This document shows, piece by piece, positions 59,232-64,000 of a stretch of 64,000 bases of DNA (within the stretch, counting starts at the first letter, position 1; the number at the start of each line of letters is the position of its first letter). This stretch comes from a virus. The DNA is taken from positions 64,001-128,000 of the IMG/VR virus record IMGVR_UViG_3300021085_000009; one strand, 5' to 3'. Below the pieces are notes generated by a model. The model had not been told where the DNA came from, did not search any database, and worked only from the letters and a program-made list of their open reading frames with translations. A program made the position numbers and the translations under genes.

Positions 59232-60639
59232 CGTTCTTTCTTGTCCAATCACTAATACCAAACCTTAAGCTTGGATTAATTGCTATTCTCATAAGTGTCA
59301 TTAATTCTCTATTAACTAACATTTCACTTGCTGAGTCTTCTACAGTTAAACCGATAAATGCATTATATGATCTACCATTAAATTTAACTGTAAGTTCTAC
59401 CTTAGCTCTTTCAATTTTATTATTAGGACCTCTAACACCTACTGATTTACCAAGGTATTTGTTAACGAATTTTTCACCATTCTTTTCCCAATAAACTTTA
59501 CCATTCTTTATTTCTACTTTATCAACATGTAACATGGAAGCGTCTGTTCCATTACCTGTATCAAATTTAGCTCTAATCGGTAGTTTATAACCTTCAATAT
59601 GAACTGTTTCTATATATCCAGCTTCTTGTCTAAACCAAGTTTTTCTATTGTACGGTTCTAATATATGTTTAATCATTAAATCAATTGCTTTCTCAGCAGT
59701 TAAAGGTTTAGTAGGTTTATTAGTTTCTAAATCATAACCCATAAAGTGTGATTTAGCACCAGGCGAACCGTTTACTTCAACAACATATATTTCACCATTA
59801 ACTACTGTATGATCAACTCCACAATAATATGCACCAGTTGCTCGAGCAGCATTTAGTATTATTTCTACTTCCTCTTCAGATAGTTTATATGGAATTGCTT
59901 CTGCACCCCTATGAACATTTTTTCTAAAGTCTTTAGATTTTTTAGTTTGTTTTCTTTCAGCTGATGCCATAATATGACCATTTATTACAAGTGTTCTAAT
60001 ATCAGATTTCATTTCTAAATATTCTTGCAATAACAACTGTGCTTCAAACTTCCATAAAGATTGGCATACTGAGATTAACGAATCATATGATTCTACCTTA
60101 GATACGCCAATACCTTGTGTTCCTGTAAGTGTTTTTATGATTAATGGATATTTACCACCAACGCTTTTTACAGCTAAATCAATAGATTCTTCATTGTTTA
60201 AAATGGCTGTTTTAGGTATCTGCACATTATTTCTTTGTAGTGCAATACTTGTTGCCATTTTATTATTACATAATAACATAGATTCTAAATCATTTATTAA
60301 AAAGAATCCAGCTGTCTGTAATGATGATACTAATGCTTGCCCTACTAAGGTTCCTACAGCACCAGCCCTAACAAAGATGATAGTATTATCAATGTCTAAA
60401 GATACAAGTTTACCTTTACCATCAATATTATGTATCTCAACCTTCCTTAGTTCTACATCGCTATCCGCTAGGAATGCTTTGTTGGTGTGTATAAGTGTGC
60501 ATTTAACATCGTTAAACTCACAAACATTAGAGATTATGTCAGCGGCAGTTCCTTCATCAGCATCTAGTGCCAATATAGCAACTTCCGTGACTCCTCGTTT
60601 TTCTATCTCTTCCGTGATGTAGCCATTAAAATTAATCAT
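59215..60639 (-). CDS. rimK: RimK-like ATP-grasp ligase fused to a RimB-like (retropepsin-fold DTG) protease domain
   Basis: CNNK, PLIIKTLTGTQGIGV, LLQEYL, DIR, GVD, VVEVNGSPG; C-terminal IRAKFDTGN..LVNRELM. Confidence 0.85.
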   Translation of the reverse strand: MINFNGYITEEIEKRGVTEVAILALDADEGTAADIISNVCEFNDVKCTLIHTNKAFLADSDVELRKVEIHNIDGKGKLVSLDIDNTIIFVRAGAVGTLVGQALVSSLQTAGFFLINDLESMLLCNNKMATSIALQRNNVQIPKTAILNNEESIDLAVKSVGGKYPLIIKTLTGTQGIGVSKVESYDSLISVCQSLWKFEAQLLLQEYLEMKSDIRTLVINGHIMASAERKQTKKSKDFRKNVHRGAEAIPYKLSEEEVEIILNAARATGAYYCGVDHTVVNGEIYVVEVNGSPGAKSHFMGYDLETNKPTKPLTAEKAIDLMIKHILEPYNRKTWFRQEAGYIETVHIEGYKLPIRAKFDTGNGTDASMLHVDKVEIKNGKVYWEKNGEKFVNKYLGKSVGVRGPNNKIERAKVELTVKFNGRSYNAFIGLTVEDSASEMLVNRELMTLMRIAINPSLRFGISDWTRKNDETDV

Positions 60640-60644
60640 ACTAC

Positions 60645-60652
60645 TATTTATA
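60645..60652 (-). promoter_or_regulatory. Late promoter TATAAATA for the RimK fusion
   Basis: Exact consensus 5 nt upstream of the ATG. Confidence 0.8.
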
Positions 60653-60659
60653 AGATTTC

Positions 60660-60917
60660 TTACTTAGTAGCTTCCATTAATGCCTCAATATCCTCAACTT
60701 CTGTAACAATTTCAGATATATTTTGCTTATGAAAAGCCTTTGACATCTTCCTTAGAATTTTCTTTGGGATTTCAACATCGTCTTCCAATGCCTCAATAGC
60801 TTCTTTTACAAAAGCCCTTTCACTTTCCATTCTAATATAAGAGTTACTAATCTCTTGCATTGCTTCTCTGATACGTTTTTTGTCTGCATCCGACGATGGT
60901 ATAATAATACTGCTCAT
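60660..60917 (-). CDS. dsbA: T4 DsbA-like dsDNA-binding protein
   Basis: IREAMQEISNSYIRMESERAFVKE..IPKKILRKMSKAFHKQ; start moved to MSSIII after AAGGA. Confidence 0.7.
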   Translation of the reverse strand: MSSIIIPSSDADKKRIREAMQEISNSYIRMESERAFVKEAIEALEDDVEIPKKILRKMSKAFHKQNISEIVTEVEDIEALMEATK

Positions 60918-60977
60918 TTCACTTTCCTTTTTAGTTAATAAATTATATATTCTAATATACATTTAAGTATATATTTT

Positions 60978-61054
60978 TGGCGCACCCTCCAGGATTCGAA
61001 CCTGGGACCCACAGCTTAGAAGGCTGTTGCTCTATCCAGCTGAGCTAAGGGCGC
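60978..61054 (-). tRNA. tRNA-Arg(UCU) with encoded CCA
   Basis: GCGCCCTTAGCTCAGCTGGATAGAGCAACAGCCTTCTAAGCTGTGGGTCCCAGGTTCGAATCCTGGAGGGTGCGCCA. Confidence 0.97.
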
Positions 61055-61191
61055 TGCACCTCTTTTTTATCCTGATCTTTCTTTTCGTCTTTCTTCTTTT
61101 TACCAAAGATAGATTCCCAGTTATCAGAATATGCTTTACTTGGACCCTTACTTTTAATAGAGTCGCCTGTTATTTCGTTTTTCGTTGCCAT
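61045..61191 (-). CDS. 48-aa hypothetical protein overlapping the tRNA 5' end
   Basis: MATKNEITGDSIKSKGPSKAYSDNWESIFGKKK... Confidence 0.6.
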   Translation of the reverse strand: MATKNEITGDSIKSKGPSKAYSDNWESIFGKKKKDEKKDQDKKEVQRP

Positions 61192-61210
61192 AAGTCTTAT
61201 AAATAGTTAT

Positions 61211-61321
61211 ATGATTAAATTATACTGGAAGAAATTTCACAGGATGATGAAATCTGGAAGGATGCACAAGGTAGTCAGAAAATTCTGCCCTATTACCAAT
61301 GACGTATCACACCAGAAATAA
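61211..61321 (+). CDS. 36-aa basic peptide behind a late promoter (61198-61205)
   Basis: TATAAATA then MIKLYWKKFHRMMKSGRMHKVVRKFCPITNDVSHQK. Confidence 0.45.
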   Translation: MIKLYWKKFHRMMKSGRMHKVVRKFCPITNDVSHQK

Positions 61322-61457
61322 TAACTAAATTTGTTATAATATAAATTAAAATAATTATTGTCCTTGCAATCGCTACATGATCGTTTTGGCGATCATCATT
61401 TTTACTTGCCTTTCCACCCAGGGATTTAGCCCATATCTTCCACAGATACCTAAGCAC
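61293..61457 (-). CDS. 54-aa conserved phage membrane protein (not in ORF track)
   Basis: GTG start; LWKIWAKSLGGKAS..VAIARTIIILIYIITNLVIISGVIRHW. Confidence 0.65.
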   Translation of the reverse strand: MLRYLWKIWAKSLGGKASKNDDRQNDHVAIARTIIILIYIITNLVIISGVIRHW

Positions 61458-61632
61458 CGCGCCTTACCAACTCATTGCGTATTTTTTGTTTCTTCTTGTT
61501 AGGCGTATGCTGTCTATCTAACTCTTCTTTCAATTCTGCAATAGGTGTTGACTTCATATAGAAGTTTTCCGTTTTATTCTTTCCCGTTTTTTTATCTCTT
61601 ACGGTTTGAGATTGTTTAAATTTTATTGGCAT
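61450..61632 (-). CDS. Hypothetical basic protein
   Basis: KKKQKIRNELVRRG; coupled ORF. Confidence 0.6.
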   Translation of the reverse strand: MPIKFKQSQTVRDKKTGKNKTENFYMKSTPIAELKEELDRQHTPNKKKQKIRNELVRRGA

Positions 61633-62222
61633 TATACTTCTCCAGTTATATGCTTATATATGTCTTTCCACTTCCAATACCTTGGAATATCTCCTTCATA
61701 ATAAGCGTTATGTTCATGAGCTACAAGAATTGAATTAAGACCAAATCCCTTTCCAACTTCTGCATTCTCTACTTTGTCTTCTACCCAAAAGCATTCTGTA
61801 CCTTCATACTTTTTAAGCTCTTTATCTTTATCAGCACCACAAGGTAGATAAATGTAATCGTCGAATAACTCTTTACCAAAAAGTAATTCAAGATTTTGAG
61901 TTCTTAATCTTTGAGCGTATTTATTATCACTTAAAGATGTAATACAATGGAATCTATAACCATGTAACATATTAAGTCTTTTCATGTAATAAACAGCATC
62001 TCTTAAAGGTGGTAAAAAAGCAATTGCTGCTGATTCATTAAATTCTTGAACACACTTTTTACTAAACTCTGGTGTTAAATTAAATCTTTTAGCAACATTG
62101 TATTGTGTGTAATCACTTGTTGGATAACCCTTATGGTTCATCCACTGCGTAAATGAGTATTCCCAATCACATAGTACTCCATCGCAATCTACTAAAATTA
62201 TATTTTCTTTCATCGTTTTCAT
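61632..62222 (-). CDS. HAD-family 5'-nucleotidase-like protein
   Basis: ILVDCDGVL, WVEDK motifs. Confidence 0.8.
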   Translation of the reverse strand: MKTMKENIILVDCDGVLCDWEYSFTQWMNHKGYPTSDYTQYNVAKRFNLTPEFSKKCVQEFNESAAIAFLPPLRDAVYYMKRLNMLHGYRFHCITSLSDNKYAQRLRTQNLELLFGKELFDDYIYLPCGADKDKELKKYEGTECFWVEDKVENAEVGKGFGLNSILVAHEHNAYYEGDIPRYWKWKDIYKHITGEV

Positions 62223-62251
62223 CTTTCTTTATTTGTTTATTTAATATGTAT

Positions 62252-62280
62252 ATTATACCATTATTATACATATTTGTACA
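62252..62280 (-). promoter_or_regulatory. Early promoter cassette
   Basis: GCAGAAAACCC-TGTACA-17-(TGG)TATAAT. Confidence 0.75.
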
Positions 62281-62292
62281 GGGTTTTCTGCA

Positions 62293-62739
62293 TTATTTCT
62301 CTTGTTTTTTGATTCTTTCGCGTAAGGACGTAGAAGAAAAAGAGTGATCTCTAGTGTTATAAACTATACGAATGTTTCTTTCTTCACATATATTTTTACC
62401 TGTAAAGTCTTTATTAAGGTAATCAGATCCAATAATTCTTACATCGATTGGAAGTGATAGAAATATATCTTTTAACTCTTCTTCTGTATTATAGATAATT
62501 ACATCGTCTACATACCTAACTGCAGCAACTTGTAATTGACGTTCAACTATGGATTGAACAGGTTTGTTTTTTTCTGGTCTATCAAGTGTAGGATCACACT
62601 GTAATGCTACTACTAAATAATCGCATTCATTTTTAGCTTCAGCCAACATTGTAATGTGTCCTGCATGAAGTAAATCAAAGGCACCACATGTAATACCTAC
62701 GTGGCCCTTTGATTCATAATTTTGTAACCACTTTAACAT
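62293..62739 (-). CDS. Cytidylyltransferase (TagD-like)
   Basis: GAFDLLHAGH (HxGH), GSDY, RDHSFSSTSLR. Confidence 0.88.
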   Translation of the reverse strand: MLKWLQNYESKGHVGITCGAFDLLHAGHITMLAEAKNECDYLVVALQCDPTLDRPEKNKPVQSIVERQLQVAAVRYVDDVIIYNTEEELKDIFLSLPIDVRIIGSDYLNKDFTGKNICEERNIRIVYNTRDHSFSSTSLRERIKKQEK

Positions 62740-62948
62740 TATTTAAAATAGTTTTCCAAAACTTCGTATTTGTCGATGTATTCAGCCATTAAACCAAGCT
62801 CTTTTTCAAGTGTTTCCATTTGGTCTGAATGTTCACCAACTGATACTTGATTGCTTAAAATAATATCTGCATTCATCTTATGTTTTGCAGCCTGAGCTTG
62901 CATGTATTCCATCGATGTTTTTACCATCTGATCTCTAAAGTTTTTCAT
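62739..62948 (-). CDS. Conserved hypothetical protein
   Basis: KHKMN..VGEHSD motif; start moved to MKNFRD. Confidence 0.65.
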   Translation of the reverse strand: MKNFRDQMVKTSMEYMQAQAAKHKMNADIILSNQVSVGEHSDQMETLEKELGLMAEYIDKYEVLENYFK

Positions 62949-62949
62949 A

Positions 62950-63633
62950 TTATCTCCCGAAAATCTTACGTTTTTTGTATTCAGCAATTGTCTCTAATAA
63001 CTTATTGCTCCAATTATCGCGATGTTCAACAAAAACTTGTGCGCCTTCGTCTCCTGCGATTACAGTTACCAATTGAGTGATTGGCATTCCTGTTCTTTCT
63101 TCCCACATAATAGCATATGCAGTTTCTTGAATAAAATAGTTTTCACACCATTCTTTTCGTTTATGTTTGGCTGCTGTTTTATAATCTATAATAGAATTTT
63201 TACCATCCCATACACCAACACAATCGACCCTTCCAGCCAATCCTAAGTGTTTAGAATATAGTGCTGCTTCTTGTGCATAAACCAAGCTTAGCCTTTCATC
63301 TAAAATCTTTTTAACTTCAAGAAAATTAGAAGTAACAATTGGATTTGCACCATCTAAATAATCTTTATCGTTATCTACGTATTTCTCTAGTACAGCATGT
63401 ACTTTTGTGCCTCTTGTAGAAGCTCTTCGTGATATCCTATTGGCTTCTTCTTCACCAACACGAGCTCTCCAAGCACGAATATGATCTTCGCTTAATATTG
63501 AAAGTACTGTTGTAACACTAGGATAGCGATTATTATCAGGATCGGCGTATTCTCGCCCAGAGCCAGTAGATTGTGCAGTAAGGTCTGTGTACCCAAGATC
63601 AATCGGTTCATGTTTAAAGTTTCCCATTTTCAT
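62950..63633 (-). CDS. PD-(D/E)XK exonuclease (T4-like phage exonuclease)
   Basis: YPSVTTVL, RGTKVH, AGRVDC, IDYKT, YFIQETAYA. Confidence 0.88.
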   Translation of the reverse strand: MKMGNFKHEPIDLGYTDLTAQSTGSGREYADPDNNRYPSVTTVLSILSEDHIRAWRARVGEEEANRISRRASTRGTKVHAVLEKYVDNDKDYLDGANPIVTSNFLEVKKILDERLSLVYAQEAALYSKHLGLAGRVDCVGVWDGKNSIIDYKTAAKHKRKEWCENYFIQETAYAIMWEERTGMPITQLVTVIAGDEGAQVFVEHRDNWSNKLLETIAEYKKRKIFGR

Positions 63634-64000
63634 ATAATTCCTTTGTCATAATAAAGTCTCTTACGAATCCACTTCGTACGATATCTTCCCATGAAAATTC
63701 GATATGATCAAAATATTTCATGTTTTGAATAATGTTAATAAATTCTTTAATTCCGTCTTTATCACCATTTCTTGTAAAATCGGATTGGTAATAATCACCT
63801 GACATTATAAATCGGCAGTCTTCACCTAACCTTGTGATTACTGAACATAGCTCATGGTAATTACAGTTTTGAGATTCATCAACTATTACAATTGCATTCT
63901 TAATAGTTAATCCTCTTATAAACGAAGTTGTAAGAAACTCTATATTTTTATTTTGGACCATTTTGGACCATCCATCGTTATCTTGAAATAAATCATTAAC
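63614..64000 (-). CDS. phoH: PhoH-like ATPase, partial (begins beyond the right edge)
   Basis: TSFIRGLT, IVDESQN, ITRLG, GDYYQSD, DIVRSGFV. Confidence 0.92.
   Translation of the reverse strand, partial: VNDLFQDNDGWSKMVQNKNIEFLTTSFIRGLTIKNAIVIVDESQNCNYHELCSVITRLGEDCRFIMSGDYYQSDFTRNGDKDGIKEFINIIQNMKYFDHIEFSWEDIVRSGFVRDFIMTKELYENGKL

Noticed and set aside
62950-63633. Cas4-like nuclease suggesting a CRISPR system
   Set aside because: Standard T4-like phage exonuclease next to phoH; no repeat-spacer array or other cas genes in the window.

Overview
AT-rich segment of a large T4-like myovirus with the gene layout of marine Kyanoviridae-like or heterotroph phages; the host cannot be determined from this window. 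From left to right it holds: four to five giant modular tail-fibre genes; the baseplate block (DUF4815/VrlC-like, gp8, gp7, gp6, gp25, gp5, hub, gp53, gp48); a divergent gp4-gp2-gp54/19-gp26-gp51-tape-measure block; gp32/gp59/gp33; an early region of small ORFs separated by repeated TGTACA-17-TATAAT promoter cassettes; and an accessory region. The most striking element is an operon behind a late promoter (55.4 to 48.9 kb). It encodes two small membrane proteins, CsgF, CsgG, two curlin-repeat proteins, a FecR-domain protein and a CHASE2 class III adenylate cyclase, which looks like a phage curli-type secretion system coupled to trans-envelope cAMP signalling. Other notable items: a late RimK/RimB-like fusion with a possible capsid-targeting N-terminus next to an ArfA-like ORF and tRNA-Arg(UCU); a probable -1 frameshift joining gp26 and gp51; and an antisense early promoter in a structured gap beside gene 5 (oriE-like candidate). 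All family calls come from motif recognition by eye, not database searches.
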